From NCBI RefSeq assembly GCF_006345805.1, contig NC_043000.1:131688001-131752000 (forward strand): a stretch of DNA of 64,000 bases, given 5' to 3'. The translations under genes and the position numbers were made by a program. This document shows, one piece after another, positions 37,083-52,472 of the stretch. The DNA is from Octopus sinensis (lineage: Eukaryota). The notes below the pieces were generated by a model. That model was not told the DNA's origin and did no database searches. It was given only the letters and a program-made list of their open reading frames with translations. The stretch's first letter is position 1. Every line of letters starts with the position of its first letter.

Positions 37083-38872
37083 CTGAAATATAAAGATGTG
37101 TTGATTATCAGAAAGTAATACGCACCTGTGTAATTACTAAATTATTATCAGTAAAATTATTGAATGGTAATAGGGATTGTTTGCGTTAGTATGGTAATAG
37201 AATATCCAATTATCATCTTAAAAACAAAAATATGAGACAAACAGTAGCAAAAAAATGGGAAAAGTGAACAAAATATATAATTATATTGTAAGAAAGGAAC
37301 AGAGTAAAAATCAATGTTTCAGATTGTAGGCCTTCATCAAAGCAGAACAGAAGAAAGAGGTGGAGGAAACAAAAGAGTGGTGCTTTGCGTATTTATTCTT
37401 AATATGTTTTAGCAGATTAGAATGCAAATATGCTAATCACAGGTGTATTTGTCACAGGAGGACAGGTTCACCTTTTTTACAATGACTATGTGGTCATAAC
37501 ACACTCAATTCATTGATGCAAGGTGCTGGTTTTAGGAAACCAGGATGGTGAATGTGAATGATTAGATTGTTATTTTGCAGGTAAAAGAAAGAGTGTGTGT
37601 TTGCATGTGTGTGTGTGCGTGAGAGAGAGAGAGAGAGAGAGAGTATATTGGCTTAAGTGAAATAAACATGGGAAATTTTATGGTTTAAAGAGCACATTAT
37701 GTATATATGGTATGTGATGTGTCACAGTGTTGGAGTATAAATGGTATAGTAATGTGGTAGATGAATAGTGCAGAGTGTGTGTGTGTGTACAGAAAGTGGG
37801 TGAATTACAACTGAGGGTATTTATCAGTGTTTGGTTGGGTTTTTTTTTTATTTGAAAGAGGAAGAAAGCAGCATTTTTAGAGCAAGTCTGATTTCAACCT
37901 AAAAAATAAATAGTTGTTTTCAATGCAAGCAGAAAATGGGACTTTTGTGGTGCTGTACATCATCTTCATCATTTAACGTCTGTTGTCCATGTAGGCATGA
38001 GTTGGACACTTTGACTAGGACTGGTAAGCTGGAAGGCTATGGTTACAAAACGATAATATGCAGCTAGGTGCAACCTAAATAATTGAAATAACAAACTACA
38101 AGTCTAAGTGAAATGATGTTGCATCAAATATCCGACTAGTGTTCATCATCATCATCATCATCATCATCGTTTAACGTCGGTTCTCCATGCTAGCATGGGT
38201 TAGACGGTTCAACCAGGGATCTGGGAAGCCAGAAGGCTGCACCAGGCTCCGGTCTTATCTGGCAACGTTTCTACAATATAATTAGCCAGCGCTTCAGCTG
38301 TTTCCCCAATATCAGCTAAGATGCAGAGATGATATATTTTGCAATAGATGAGGTTCTTGGAGGAACAAGTACAGCTAGGATAGTTAGAGCCCATCATGGT
38401 GCCCATAGCCACCCCAGTAACCTACTGGAAGAAGTCTGCAGAAAAGGCAAAGAAACTGAAAGTAAGGTTGAGTCGAGTAAGGTAGAGAAGAGTAGAGGTG
38501 CTGGACTTGAGCATAGTCTGATGGTCAAGAAAATATTTTAGGATTATGAATCCATCACTGTTCAGGTCAATAATACAGAGGAACATCACTAACATTTATG
38601 GTCAAAAAAGGTCAGGTAAGAAGGAGAAGTTGAAGCGGTAGAGGTTATGCTGCCAAGGAGAGGAATACCTGTGCTTAATTACTTTGATTTCTCAGTCTAC
38701 AAGTGTGTAAGCATATCACCATTATCTCTCATTTGTCTAACAATTATAAGTAAACAAGAGACTACCAAGGCAGTCACAGAAGTCTGGTGCAGGCTTCGGC
38801 CTGGCTGGCTCTTGTGGTCAATCCCACCCCTGCGTGCATGGAAGACGGACGTTAAACAATAACGATGATGAT

Positions 38873-39382
<510 letters not shown>

Positions 39383-39661
39383 AATTTGGTTTCACTGATA
39401 CGGGTAGGTTTTCTCAAGAACATATCATGAGTCATCTCAGTCCTCCATCATCTCCATGAGACTCAAAGTCTTGCAATCAAGCCTTCCCATGCTTTCCTGA
39501 ATTTCCGTCTTCCGCAAGTTCCATCCACTTTAGTGATCACCACTTCTTTATACAGTTGTCCTCAACCATACACATCACATGCCCATACCAATGCAGTCTT
39601 CTTTCATGCACACTACATCTGGTTCCTCTTATGCCCAGTTTTTCACTCAGTACCTTTATAC

Positions 39662-39893
39662 TTATTTCTTTATTGCCCACAAGGGGCTAAACATAGAAGG
39701 GACAAACAAGGACAGACAAAGGGATTAAGTCGATTACATCGACCCCAGTGAGTAACTGGTACTTAATTTATCGACCCCGAAAGGATGAAAGGCAAAGTCG
39801 ACCTCGGCGGAATTTGAACTCAGAACGTAACGGCAGACAAAATACGGCTACGCATTTCGCCCAGCGTGCTAACGTTTCTGCCAGTTTGCTGCC
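39662..39893 (-). mobile_element. Full-length SINE-A
   Basis: Family sequence; cctttatac on both flanks. Confidence 0.9.
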
Positions 39894-40021
39894 TTTATAC
39901 CTTTATACTGTCTTTCATGCACACTTACATAGCACATCTAACAGAGCACACTCACTTCATTTCTTTCTAGGTGCAATCCCAAGGTCATTCATGGCTAAAG
40001 AGGGGGTGCTTTAGAACTTAC

Positions 40022-40204
40022 CAATATTAGGTATCATGAGAATTAACAAGAAAACCAAAGACACAGCATTGGCAAGCAGATTTAAAACTCCATTAGTGAC
40101 TCCTTCTGCAATAGGGAATGCTGCCTCAGAACTCATTTCATAAAGGATTGGGTAGATAGATGTGAGGAATATCATAGAAAGGGTTATTGACAAGGTCAGC
40201 TGAA
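40022..40204 (-). CDS. SLC49A4: SLC49A4-like exon (V)QLTLSITLSMIFLTSIYPILYEMSSEAAFPIAEGVTNGVLNLLANAVSLVFLLILMIPNI(G)
   Basis: GT-AG, 183 nt, phase 1 to 1; PxxxE..x(Y/F)PxxEG motif of the FLVCR/SLC49 family. Confidence 0.95.
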
Positions 40205-40490
40205 CTGAAAATAAGAGAAGAAAACAGAAAAGTCAAGTTAAAAAGAAAAAGAAGTCAAATAGTAATTAATAAATAAGTGGTGATATACTGGAAAAGAACG
40301 CATGTGATCTAATAGTTAGTGTGTTGCATTGACAATCATGAGATGATGGCTTTGGTTTCTGGGCTGCGTAATGCATCGTATTCTTGAGCAAAACACTTCA
40401 TTTCTCATTGCTCTGTTATCACTTCAACAGCTGGCATGTGGCACACCAGGCACCTGTACAGGCAATTTTGATTTGATGGAGAAAGTTCAG

Positions 40491-40831
40491 TCCCACTGCA
40501 TGGCACCTTGGGCAAGTGTCTTCTACTATAGCCTTGGGCTGACCAAAGCCTTGTGAGTGGATTTGGTAGACGGAAACTGAAAGAAGCCTGTCGTATATAT
40601 GTGTATGTGAGTGTATATGTTTGTGTGTCTGTGTTTGTCCATCCAACATCGCTTGACAACCGATGCTGGTGTGTTTACATCCCCGTAACTTAGCGGTTCG
40701 GCAAAAGAGACCGATAGAATAAGTACTAGGCTTACAAAGAATAAGTCCTGGGGTCGATTTGCTCAACTATAGGTGGTGCTCCAGCATGGCCACAGTCAAA
40801 TGACTGAAACATGTAAAAGAGTAAAAGAGTA
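40491..40831 (+). mobile_element. SINE family B (5'-truncated)
   Basis: Family core and tail. Confidence 0.88.
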
Positions 40832-40924
40832 ATGAACAACACAAATGTTTCATTAATATAAACAAATCATAGGCACAAATTGTTCAGCAAGAAATTGTGA
40901 AACCCTCATCTGCTGTTTAAGACA

Positions 40925-41262
40925 AGGGTAAAGGGTAAAGACCCCCTTCGGTCATGAATGACCATGGGATTGCACCTAGAAAGTTACCCTCCTAGACACA
41001 AGTCCAGGCAAGGTTGTTTATGGAAGACCAGCAGTTGCCCATGCATACCAGCCTCCCCTCTCCATGCCACCAATATTATCCAAGGGAAAGACAAAGGTCG
41101 ATACAGCTTGGCACCAGTGACGTCGCAACTCATTTCTACAGCTGAGTGAACTGGAGCAACGTGAAATAAAGTGCCTTGCTCAAGAACATAACACGCAGCC
41201 CGGTCCGGGATTCGAGCTCACAACCTCACGATCGTAAGCTCGACGCTCTAACCACTGAGCCA
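40925..41262 (-). mobile_element. tRNA-derived SINE family E
   Basis: Head tggctcagtggttagagcg..ctcgaatccc; partial plus-strand copy at 52499-52794. Confidence 0.85.
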
Positions 41263-41818
41263 TAGTCCACAATATTGAAACATCATCATCATTGTTTAAC
41301 GTCCGCTTTCCATGCTAGCATGGGTTGGACAATTTGAATGAGGACTGGTGAACCAGATGGCTGCACCAGGCGCCAATCTGATCAGACAGAGTTTCTACAG
41401 CTGGATGCCCTTCCTAATGACAACCACTCTGAGAGTGTAGTGGGTGCTTTTACGTGCCACCGGCTGATTAATGTACGCAAAAAAAAAAGAAGAATTTCAA
41501 TTAATTGAGATTTCATTCTTAGTTGAAGAAACAAAACCAAATCTAGAGTAATTATTGGCAATACTTAAAGCAAGGGGAATATAATTTCAAACAATTAAGA
41601 ATTAATTTCAAGAAAAAATTTACATGCTTAGAGGAAAATCAAATTTTTGTTTGCCAACAAATTTGTTATTTTGTGGAACACTGTCGAAGAAAATTCTACA
41701 CATCAAAGAATGCTAGGTGTGGCAGCATACTCCATGCTACATATTCCTCTTGCAAGTGTCTCATTAGGAAGATGTATGTGTGTGTGTGGGGGGTGTATAT
41801 ATATATATATATATATAT

Positions 41819-42085
41819 ACACAGGGTGCGATGGGTAAATTGTCGCCATTTAATATTTTTAATTTCATGCATGTGCATTGTTTGTTTTTGATTTTGTCGA
41901 CTACACAGTATAGTAGGGTCAGTTGGGCACTGTCCGAGAAAAATTCACTCGCCCAAGAATTTGAAAATGACATGCTGTACTGCTTGGCATTCGCCTCTGA
42001 AGCTCCAATACAAACATTTCAGAGTGTTTGGGTGTCAATCTGAGGACAGGGCAATCTGAGGACATGTACCGAGAGTGATTAAAAT
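41819..42085 (+). mobile_element. Tc1-like transposon 5' fragment
   Basis: TA-cacagggtg terminus; HAVLLGIR..SNTNISECLGVNLRT helix-turn-helix remnant. Confidence 0.6.
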
Positions 42086-43563
42086 CAAACATCCATCATC
42101 ATCATCGTTTAACGTCCGTTTTCCATGCTAGCATGGGTTGCACAGTTCGACCAGGGTCTGGGAAGCCAGGAGGCTGCACCAGGCTCTAGTCTGATCTGGC
42201 AGTGTTTCTACAGCTGGATACCTTTCCTAACACCAACCACTTTAGATTCAGTTGAATATGGTACTTAAGTTAAAGGCACCAGAGTTTTGTATGGTATTAT
42301 CCATATAATTCAAAATGGGGTGTTTACAATCAAAATAAGCAACAAGAATATCCAGAGGTAATGCAGTACAATCGTGTCATGCGACTCCATTTAATTGAAC
42401 AATGCAAATATTACATCAATTTTAAAATGTAGAGCAATCTTCAGCTGCATAAATATATATATATTCACTTGCATGTTTGTTTACATTGACACTTCTCTAA
42501 AAGTTGCTGAGCTACATTCAACGACATTATTGACTTTACACATCTGTAGGCTTTGCGCCTTTGTAAACATGAAACAAGAGATTCTTTCCTACCACAAATC
42601 CAAAATACATCGCATATAGGCTAATTATGTTCCTTATCAGTTGATGAGGGAGATAATTAGTTTACATGACCTGGTTCATCAGCTCTGTAATTTCCTTTCT
42701 CAAAATCAAAAGAGAAATAAAATACAATGGATGCAACTCATGATAAGAATTTTAAAAAAAAGACATGGGGGTAATGTTTGATGGATTCACAACTATTAAC
42801 AATCATGGAAGTAAACATTTAATGAACGGAATAAAAGAAGCAACACAGAAGTACACTAACAGATACATTCATGTATATAGATATACAGGTCATTGTTAGT
42901 GGTGAGGGAAAACGGGCAACAGGAAAAATTTGTAGTGTGACTTATGTCTGTTATGAAGTCATTTAAAAATTATGCTTTTTTGTGTGGGTGCAGAGTTTGC
43001 AGAGATTATTAGTATAACATCTACTGTACCACTATAGTGATATGCATACACTCACATACAGTATATAAGCAAATACACACACTTGGACACACACACACAC
43101 ACATACACATAAACATAGATACATACATGCACACACACACACACACATACACATAAACATAGATACATACATGCACACACACACACACACACACACACAT
43201 GCATATATACATACACACACAATGACTGCAACTCAATTTCGATCATTGCCTTTACTTGATTGTTTTTATAAACATGAGCAGTATGGAGGTGACTTTTCAG
43301 TCCTGTTAAGGAGTGAAATAAATAAATAAATGTTATTTAAAATTGTGTAAAAAAAAAAACACTGTAATCTCAATAAACAGAAATTTACATATCTTTTGAA
43401 AGAGATTAACTCTTTCATTTTCTTGTACAAAAAGTTTAAGACCAACGATAGTTCAGTTACATTATGTTTAAAGACTAATTATTCATATTTGAATTATCAA
43501 TTGTATATCATTTTTTTTTTATGACAAAGACAAGAAAAATTAAGTAGAGAGATATCCACTCAC

Positions 43564-43682
43564 CATCTGTGATGTGGAGGACATTTTCATACATCAACTG
43601 GAACCATGTCAGCAGTCCAATGGAGATTGTAATGAGAGCTAAGAGAAATATTCTAGTGTAGTTCACAAACATGTCTGCTAAC
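43564..43682 (-). CDS. SLC49A4: SLC49A4-like exon LADMFVNYTRIFLLALITISIGLLTWFQLMYENVLHITD
   Basis: GT-AG, 119 nt, phase 2 to 1; RLAD motif (human RFADF). Confidence 0.92.
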
Positions 43683-44029
43683 CTGTGGGTATTATATAAA
43701 ATAAAACTGTATTAGGCCAAAAATTACTGAGATGATGGAAAAGAAAAATACCAGTGACAAACACAAGAATACATACCATATCATCATCATCATCATCATC
43801 ATCATCATGATCGTTTAACATCTTTATATATATATATATATCTATATATATATATATATATATATATATAGGAAGGTATTTGGCGTTAGGAAGGGCATCC
43901 AGCTGTAGAAACACTGCCAGATCAGACTGGAGCCTGGTGCAGCCTCCTGGCTTCCCAGACCCCGGTCAAACCATCCAACCCATGCTAGCACAGAAAACGG
44001 ACATTAAACGATGATGATGATGATGATGA

Positions 44030-44069
<40 letters not shown>

Positions 44070-44329
44070 TTTTATTATTTTACTTGTTTCAGTCATTTGA
44101 CTGCAGCCATGCAGTAGCACCATCTTGAAGGGTTTTAGTTGAAGAAATCGATCCCAGGATTTATTCTTTGTAAGCCTAATATTTATTCTATCAGTCTCAT
44201 TTGCTGAACTGCTAAGTTTCAGGGACGTAAACACACCAACATTGGTTGTCAAGTGATGGTGGGAGACCAAACAGACACAAAGACACACCCACATAGATAT
44301 ACATATATATATAAATATATATTTTATCA

Positions 44330-45420
44330 TCATCATCATTGTTTAATGTCCGTTTTCCATGCTAGCATGGTTTGGACAGTTTGACTGGGGACTGGCAAGC
44401 CAGTAGGCTGCGCCAGGCTCCAATCTAATCTGGCAAGGTTTCTACAGCTGGATGCCCTTCCTAATGCCAACCACTCCAAGAGAGTAGTGGGTGCTTTTTA
44501 CGTGCTACCAGCACAGGAGCCAGTCAGGCAGCACTGGCATAGACCACATTCGGATGGTGCTTTTTATGTACCACCTGCACAGAAGCCAGTAGGAGGGGGG
44601 TGCTGGCATCAACCACGTTCGGATGGTACTTTTTACATGCCACTGGCACAGGGGCCAGTCAGGCGGCACTGGCATCAACCTACACTTGAATGGTGCTTAT
44701 TATGTGCCACCAGCACAGGTGCCAGTCAGGTGGCACTGGCATCAGCCACAACTACAATTGCTATTTTGATTTCAGTCTTGATCTGCTTTTGATTCTGATT
44801 TTTGATTTTTGATTTTGATTTTACTTGACTCATGCCCCAGCATGGCCACAGCTCGTGAGCTGAAACTAGATAAAATAAAATTAAAATAAAATAGGTCTTC
44901 TCAAGTGCAGCATATTGCCAGATGATTCAAGGGTACATTTAAATGAACTGGTTATGCGACACTGGTATAGGTTACAGCTGTGATCTCACTTTACTTGCCA
45001 GGTCTTCTCAATCACAGCATTCCCTGACTTCATATCCTTAATTGCTTTATCTACCAGGGTGCTATTGATTTGGGTAGCTGGTCCCTCTACTGGGTCAACA
45101 TTTGGCAGGCTCTCCTCTGCCCATTCATTCTCCATATTCAGCAGTCTTTCATAATGGCATCTCCAAGCCTATTTCTTTGCAGAATCATTAAATGCAAGTG
45201 CACCATCATCCATGAGGACACATTTCTCTCCTGTGACATCACAATTCTCTCCAACACACTGTCTTGCAATCCGAAATACTTCAGTTCTTTGGTCCTCACA
45301 TCACAGAACTCCAATAGCCTAGTTCCCGCTTCGTTTCAAGAACCAATTCCATGGCCCCTATGGAAGATTGTAATAGAGGGAGAAGTGGCTTTATGCCAAG
45401 TGATGAGAGGCAAATTTATG
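44330..45420 (-). mobile_element. Rearranged fragments of the RTE family at 53852-57235
   Basis: Shared 3' UTR repeats and an RT-proximal segment similar to 55900-56300. Confidence 0.8.
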
Positions 45421-48087
45421 ATAGAGGGACAAGCAAGATGTCTTGTTATAGAAGAAATACATGGCTACATTACATTATATAGGAGTGAGAGAAAGTAGGT
45501 AGAAAGAAAATAAAGATGTTGGTGACAAAGTGTCAGAGTATGCTCTCAAGGTATAAGAAGGTGAGTATAAGAATGAATATGGATAGATCAAGAAGGATAG
45601 GTAGATAGATTTATAGGAGTGCAAGAATAGTGATAAGTGGTTAGAGATGGGTTAGAGGTTAACGTAGTGAATGATGTACAAGAGTTGAGATGTACTTGAT
45701 GGTAAATATCTATGTGGAGGAGAAGGTAAAAGAAATAGTTTAAGAATGAAAAGGTGACATGTGGCAGTACAGGAAGGGTAGAGAGCAGCCACATAATAAG
45801 CCTGCAGACAGATCAAAAAATAAGGAGATACTGTTCAGGGTGGGAGAGAGAGAGATGTACAGGGACAGAAATGGAAGCCAGATGTATATAATAGTGGCTA
45901 GAGTGAAAGATAGTAACCAAATCTCATTCAAATCATACTCTTCTGTAAATTTTTTTTAACTGTAGAAGACCATAATGTAGTTCCAAATAAACATAGTCAT
46001 GGCTAGAAAACCTGTCATGGTGACCTGGGACCAAAACATAACAACAATAAGTAAATGCTTTTGACTCCACCACCACACTCGAATAGCTGATAGAAAATGT
46101 CAGACTTCAGCAGATTTTATCTTAGAAGTACAAGGGACAAAACTAAATACAGCATTTAGCTCAATGTATTGCCATCTCAGTTGTCTTCTCTATTAGCTCA
46201 AAACTTCCTCCTATTGACTTTTTCCGGTTAGGCTTAAGACACGTTTTTGAAAGGTCAATATTTGTATAGTTGATTGAAAGAACTTCCTAGTTCATATTTT
46301 TATTGATACTAGAGAAGAAAAAGACAACATGGAATTCCTCTTAAAATATTAGTTACTGAAAGTGTTCAGTGTCCTTGATATCTCCCTTCACTCCATAACT
46401 AGTGAGGTCGATGAGGTTTATTTACCTTATTTTGTTTGTTCTTTAATGGTTATTTCTGAGAGAAATTGTTGCTTAACCCCAGGTTAGACTTTGCTAAGCA
46501 GATACACAATCAAATGCATTTTTATCTGTAATCTAAAACTATCCTGTCTTGACAGTCAGTTAATCTCTGACTATGTCATCTAATAAGCCCTTCCAATTTA
46601 AAGATAACTGAGTGTGATCTGAAGGAGATTTAACTGCAATTTTCAGATGGTCAAGTAACTGTATAGAAGATCGTAGACAGGGAGAAATCTGGGGAGGTGA
46701 GTTGGGGAAAATATTTGATAGTCTGTCTTGTGGTTGAAAAACAGACTGGACTATGATGATGCATCTTGTCAGTTTGGATGAGAGCGTTATGCCAAAAATC
46801 CTATCTAGTTACTAAATTCTTGCAACAACAGATGAACCAATAATACTGAAATATATTTAGCGTTGTCGTTGCACTGTCCAAGACCAAACTCACTCATTTC
46901 TGTATTCTATATTTAATTATATTTAATTTAAATTCCAAGCTTCTCTTCCTTGCCTGTGTTTTTTTCTACATTATTCTATAATTGTTAGTAGGTTCAGAAG
47001 TACGTAGACCATTGCAGTAGTTGTAGAAACAAAATAGGAGGGTGCAGTCTGCTAGGAAGACAGCAGTTATGGTATTAACCAACCTACTTATAGGATCCTA
47101 ATTCAAATCGATTGTTAGAAGTTCATAACTATGAATTGAGACACTTATATAACTCAGTTCACCCAACTTCTGCGAAGAAATATCAGAATACATTCAAATC
47201 CTGTCTGTAGTTAGCAAGCAGTGAATTTATCCTTCATCCACTAAACACTAAAGCATTAAAGATAAGTAACAGCTTTTTCATCTTAACATTGCATCCAAGG
47301 CCTAGCCTTTACAAGTCTTTTGAAGCTCATGGATACATGCACAATCTTCCATCCATCCATTTCCACTGCTCACTATTCTTGAAAAGTTGTGAAGATAGAA
47401 TCTTCAGACTCCTCTTCCATAGGATCCTGTCAAAAACAAGCCATCGTTAAACTTTCTTGCTGGACCCCCAAGCATAACCAACTGAGACTAAGGATGCTAT
47501 CCAACCATCTCATTCATGGTCTACCTCCAGATCTCTTCCAGCTGGCTGCTCAGCTTGGGAATCTGTCTTGTGATTCTTTCCAGAACAATCTTGGGACTGA
47601 ACTTGAAGCCATATGGTTCAGAAACAAACTTCTTACTATCCATCCATGCCTGCACCTACTATTTTTCTCCCATCAGTTATTCAATTGTATAGCGGTTTAT
47701 CTTGGCTGGTCCTACCACAGTTATTTTTGCTTAACTCCAAGTAAGCTCCAATTGAGTTAATCTTTGGTCAAAGTCATTCCAGCCTTGACCAAGCCAGTTT
47801 TCATTCCCAAGGCACAGTAAATCTAAGACAACATTATACAATACATCCTTACCATTTTTTAAAACTGTTGGGTGTGATTTGAAGAAAATTTGATATTCCA
47901 ACCATGACCACCTCACCTGTCTTTTTTTAAGACAGTGTATATCTAGAACCACATTATTCAAGTTTTCTTTTTTTTTTTAATGACATGACTATGTATGAGA
48001 GCAATTTGGCACTCCAGTATAATAATTCAGTCTTTCATTTTTTTCCCTTTTGCCAGACACAGTGCATCTAGAACTATGTTATTCAAA

Positions 48088-48382
48088 GTGGAGGAACATG
48101 GCCTAGTGGTTAGAGCAGCAGACTCGCGGTTGAGGTATCGTGGGTTCAAATCTCAGACCAAGCGATGTGTGTGTTTATGAGCAAAAACACCTCAGCTCCA
48201 TGCAGCTCCGGCAGAAGGTAATGGCGAACTTCTGCTGACTCTTTCGCCACAACTTTCTCTCACTCTTTCTTCCTGCATCTAGCAGCTCACCTGCGACGGA
48301 CCGGCGTCCCATCCAGGTGGGGTACCGGGAAACCGGGAAACCAGCCCTTATGAGCCAGGCGTGGCTCGAGAAGGAACAAACA
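48088..48382 (+). mobile_element. SINE family D copy, TSD atgttattcaaagtg
   Basis: Homologous to 5269-5555. Confidence 0.9.
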
Positions 48383-49136
48383 ATGTTATTCAAAGTGTCC
48401 TTTCTTTTTTTGAAAGAGTTCAGTATGAATGAGATTTGGCTGGTATTCCTAGCAAACTGAGAAACCTATGACCATGCAGATGCTCCCTCATTGACACATA
48501 CTGCAAGATTTTAATGCAGAGGAAGTATGTTTTAAATTTCAGTCAGTATGAAGGTTGGATTATCATCAGATTAAGACAGGTTGTCAAAACACACTGATCA
48601 ACAATCTTTCAAGTTGTCCAAACTGACAGCTGTAAAACTGGAGCAAGCTATGATAAATATTACACAGGTCAATACCATCACATCCATTAGCAAATGGTTG
48701 TCACTGGAAATAAATAGAAATATAAACTACTGACATTCTGAGAGAATATTGACACTGCTGACCTATAATTGTTTTCTGCATCAGAAGGTTCACATTGCCT
48801 TGAGACTGAGAAAATAGGTAAGCTATTTGCATTACTAGTGGTATTAAAAATGTGAGTTGGATGTGTAGAGGTGATGAGGTGAGAAAAATAGTGCAGCATT
48901 GAATTGAATATCTAACCAACTCGCCTTCCAAACCTAAGTTCAAATTCTACAGTAGATGACTCTGGCTTTATTTTTCTACTTTAGGCATGGCTGTGTGGTA
49001 GGAAGTTTGCTTCCCAACGATATGGTTCCAGGTTCAGTCCCACTGTGTGGAACCTTGAGGACGCGTTTTCTACTATAGCCCCAGGTCAACCTAAGCCTTG
49101 AGAGTGGATTAGGTTGATGGAAATTGAAAGAAGCCC

Positions 49137-49174
<38 letters not shown>

Positions 49175-49458
49175 CGAGCGTGTGTGCGTGCATGCGTGTG
49201 TGTGTGTGTGTGTCTGTGAGGTTGTTTTATTTCCGGTCTTCTGTGAAAAACATGTCTAGCTATGGAAAAAAAATATCTTGCTAGGAAACAATTGACTGTT
49301 GACAGTTGGAAATGCATCTGACATCAAAAAACTGCCTCAACAAATTCAATCTGATCCATAGAAGCATAGAAAAGTGGATATTAAAAGATAATGATGAATG
49401 TAAGCCAAACACAGAGGAGATTTGGATGCTATGAAAACTTAAAGAAACCCATCATGTA

Positions 49459-50027
49459 GGAGTGGCTGTGAAGTAAGTAGCTTGCTTACCAACCACATGA
49501 TTCCGGGTTCAGTCCCACAGCATGCATCTGGGGCAAGTGTCTTCTACTATAGCCTCAGGCCAACCAAAGCCTTGTGAGTGGATTTGGTAGATGGAAACTG
49601 AAAGAAGCTCATCGTATGTATGTATATGTGTGTGTGTGTTGTGTGTCTATGTTTGTCCCCCCCACCATTGCTTGACAACCGATGTTGGTGTGTTTATCTC
49701 TCCATAACTAAGTAGTTCAGCAACAGAGACCGATAGAATAAGTACTAGACTTACAAAGAATAAGTCCTGGGGTTGATTTCTTCGACTAAAGGCAGTGCTC
49801 CAGCACAACCACAGTCAAATGACTGAAACAAATAAAAGAATAAAAGATCTCATATAGGTGCAGGAGTGGCTGTGTGGTAAGTAGTTTGCTTACCAACCAT
49901 ATGGTTCCGGGTTCAGTCCCACTGCGTGGCACCTTGGGCAAGTGTTTTCTACTATAGCCTCGGGCCAACCAAAGCCTTGTGAGTGGATTTGGTAGACGGA
50001 AACTGAAAGAAGCTCGTCAAATATATG

Positions 50028-50058
<31 letters not shown>

Positions 50059-50279
50059 ATATGTATATGTTTGTGTGTCTGTGTTTGTCCCCCAATATCG
50101 CTTGACAACCGATGCTGGTGTGTTTACATCCCTGTAACTTAGCAGTTCGGCAAAAGAGACCGATAGAATAAGTACTAGGCTTACAAAGAATAAGTCCTGG
50201 GGTCGATTTCTTCGACTAAAGGCGGTGCTCCAGCATGGCTGCAGTCAAATGACTGAAACAAGTAAAAAATTAAAAGAGT
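49459..50279 (+). mobile_element. Two adjacent SINE family B copies
   Basis: Heads at ~49459 and ~49863. Confidence 0.9.
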
Positions 50280-51305
50280 ATATATATATGACATAGGACG
50301 AGGTGATAAAGCATGATCTTTGAACATTGGGACTCAAAGAGGCAATAACAAGTGACAGATTTTTGGCTTTATGACATGCTTGAGAAGACCAGTCAAGCCA
50401 AGTGAGATCATAGTCATGGCCAATACCAGTGGCATGTAACTAGCACTTGTGCCAGTGGCATGTAAAAAGCAGCCTTCAAACGTTGGGCAATATGCTGTGC
50501 TTGAAAAGTGCCGTCAAGCCCAGTGAAATCATAGTCGTGGCCATTGCCAGTGTTGCATACCTGCTACTCATGTTAATGGCGCATGAAAAGGATCCTCTGA
50601 ATTTTGGGCCTCACGGTGGCAGTGACAAGTAACCAAGACCTTTGGCAATATACTATGCTTGAGAAGACCTGTCAAGTTAAGCGAGATTGTAGTTGTGGCT
50701 GATGCAGATGTTTCATAACTGGCACCCTTGCTGGTGACACATAAAAAGCACCCGCTATGTTCTTGGAGCGATTGGCATTAGGAAGGGCATCCAGCTGTAG
50801 AAACCTTGCCAAATCAGATTGAAACCTTGTGCAGCTCCCCAGCTTACCAGTTATTTTTCAGTCAAACTGTCCAACTCATGCCAGCATGGAAAACAGACGT
50901 TAAATGCTGATGATAATGATGTGTGTGTTTGTGTGTGTCTGTGCTTGTGTGTGTCTGTGCTTGTGTGTGTGTGTGTGTGTCTGTGTCTGTCTGTCTGTGG
51001 TTGTGTGTGTGTGTGTGTGTCTGTGTGTGTCCCCTACCACCGTTTGACAACAAGTGTTGATATGTTAATGCCCACTATAACTTAGCAGTTCAGCAAAGGA
51101 GAACGATAGAATAAGTACCAGGCTTAAAAAGTTAATACAGGGGTTGATTCTTTTGACTGAAATTCTTCAAGGTGGTGCCCCAGCATGTCTGCAGTCAAAT
51201 AGCAGAAACAAATAAATGAAAAAGATGACCATTCAGAGAAAGATACCTTTAAGAGATTTCTCCCTGAATGTTAATCTTGTTTTAAAAGAAAAACAAATAC
51301 CTTAC

Positions 51306-51373
51306 CTTGCCAGTACTAGCGATCCCAAACAGCTACCAATTCCAATGTAAATGGAAAATATTCCAACACTTTT
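51306..51373 (-). CDS. SLC49A4: SLC49A4-like exon KSVGIFSIYIGIGSCLGSLVLA(R)
   Basis: ttcatttgcag acceptor, AG|gtaagg donor; 68 nt, phase 0 to 2. Confidence 0.9.
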
Positions 51374-52431
51374 CTGCAAATGAAAAATAAAATATCTTTG
51401 GAGATTATTATGCAGTAACAAAATCTACAAAATATAAGACTCACGCTGGTGGTACGTAAAAGCACCCAATACACTCTCGGAGTGGTTGGCGCTAGGAAGG
51501 GCATCCAGCTGTAGAAACTCTGCCAGATCAAGATTGAAGCCTGGTGCAGCCATCTGGGTCACCAGTCCTCAGTCAAATCGTCCAACCCATGCTAGCATGG
51601 AAAGTGGACGTTAAACGCCAATGACGACAACAATGATAAATATGTTGTATTCATTAATCAGTGACTACACTATTTACTTGAGTGTACAGCTCAAATTTCA
51701 CCATTATAGTATAGCACTTACAATAGATACATCATCGTATTTTAGGTACTGAATATTCTATGATCATTTTCTATGGTTTATAAAGTCATTTTACATTGAG
51801 GTGAATTGCCATTCTGGGTTACAATGTTAGAAGTTGTTTGATATGAGATCACATATACAGTAATATCTCACTTTCTGAAGACCTGCTTTATGAGACCCCA
51901 GGTTTATGAGTTTTATTTTTTCAGCTCACCTTTGTATGGTGAGCTGAAATTTTTCAAGTACAAGATCCGAATTTTGAACAAAGTGCAAGTTACTACTGCC
52001 AAAGCAAATGCTTCTGCATGTTACCAAGAAATTTATAGAGAGTGGAAAAAATTTTCTAAGCATACAACTCTAGACTTGTTTTTTAACAAGAAATCTACAA
52101 GTCCGTCTATGGGTGCTAGTGAATTGACAATTGTATCTACAAGTGATGGTGTGCACAAGTTTAGTGTGAGTTTCACTGCTATGCAGCATAGCTATGTGTA
52201 CACAGGTATCATACAATCTGCCTTTCAATCTGACAGAGAGGCCCTTAGTTACAAACAAACAAAGGTAAGAGCATTCTGAACTTTGCCCAGCCTGTTCTTA
52301 TTCTAGCAACTGTGGTTTCAGAACTTCCTCCTCCACTGCTAACTTGGTCACCTAGGCAACAGAAGTTATCTACTACTTCTAATGATCCCCCTGAGTGTTT
52401 GAGGAAGTTTGGTGATTAGTGTACCTGTACA

Positions 52432-52472
<41 letters not shown>

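Noticed and set aside
41190-41262. tRNA genes (also 5269, 9816, 11433 and others)
   Set aside because: A/B boxes run on into SINE bodies; no complete cloverleaf with acceptor stem and terminator.
48687-48943. Short ORFs and a plus-strand AG..GTAAG 33-nt candidate exon
   Set aside because: Not needed for the SLC49A4 frame, which is complete without it; no supporting partner exons.
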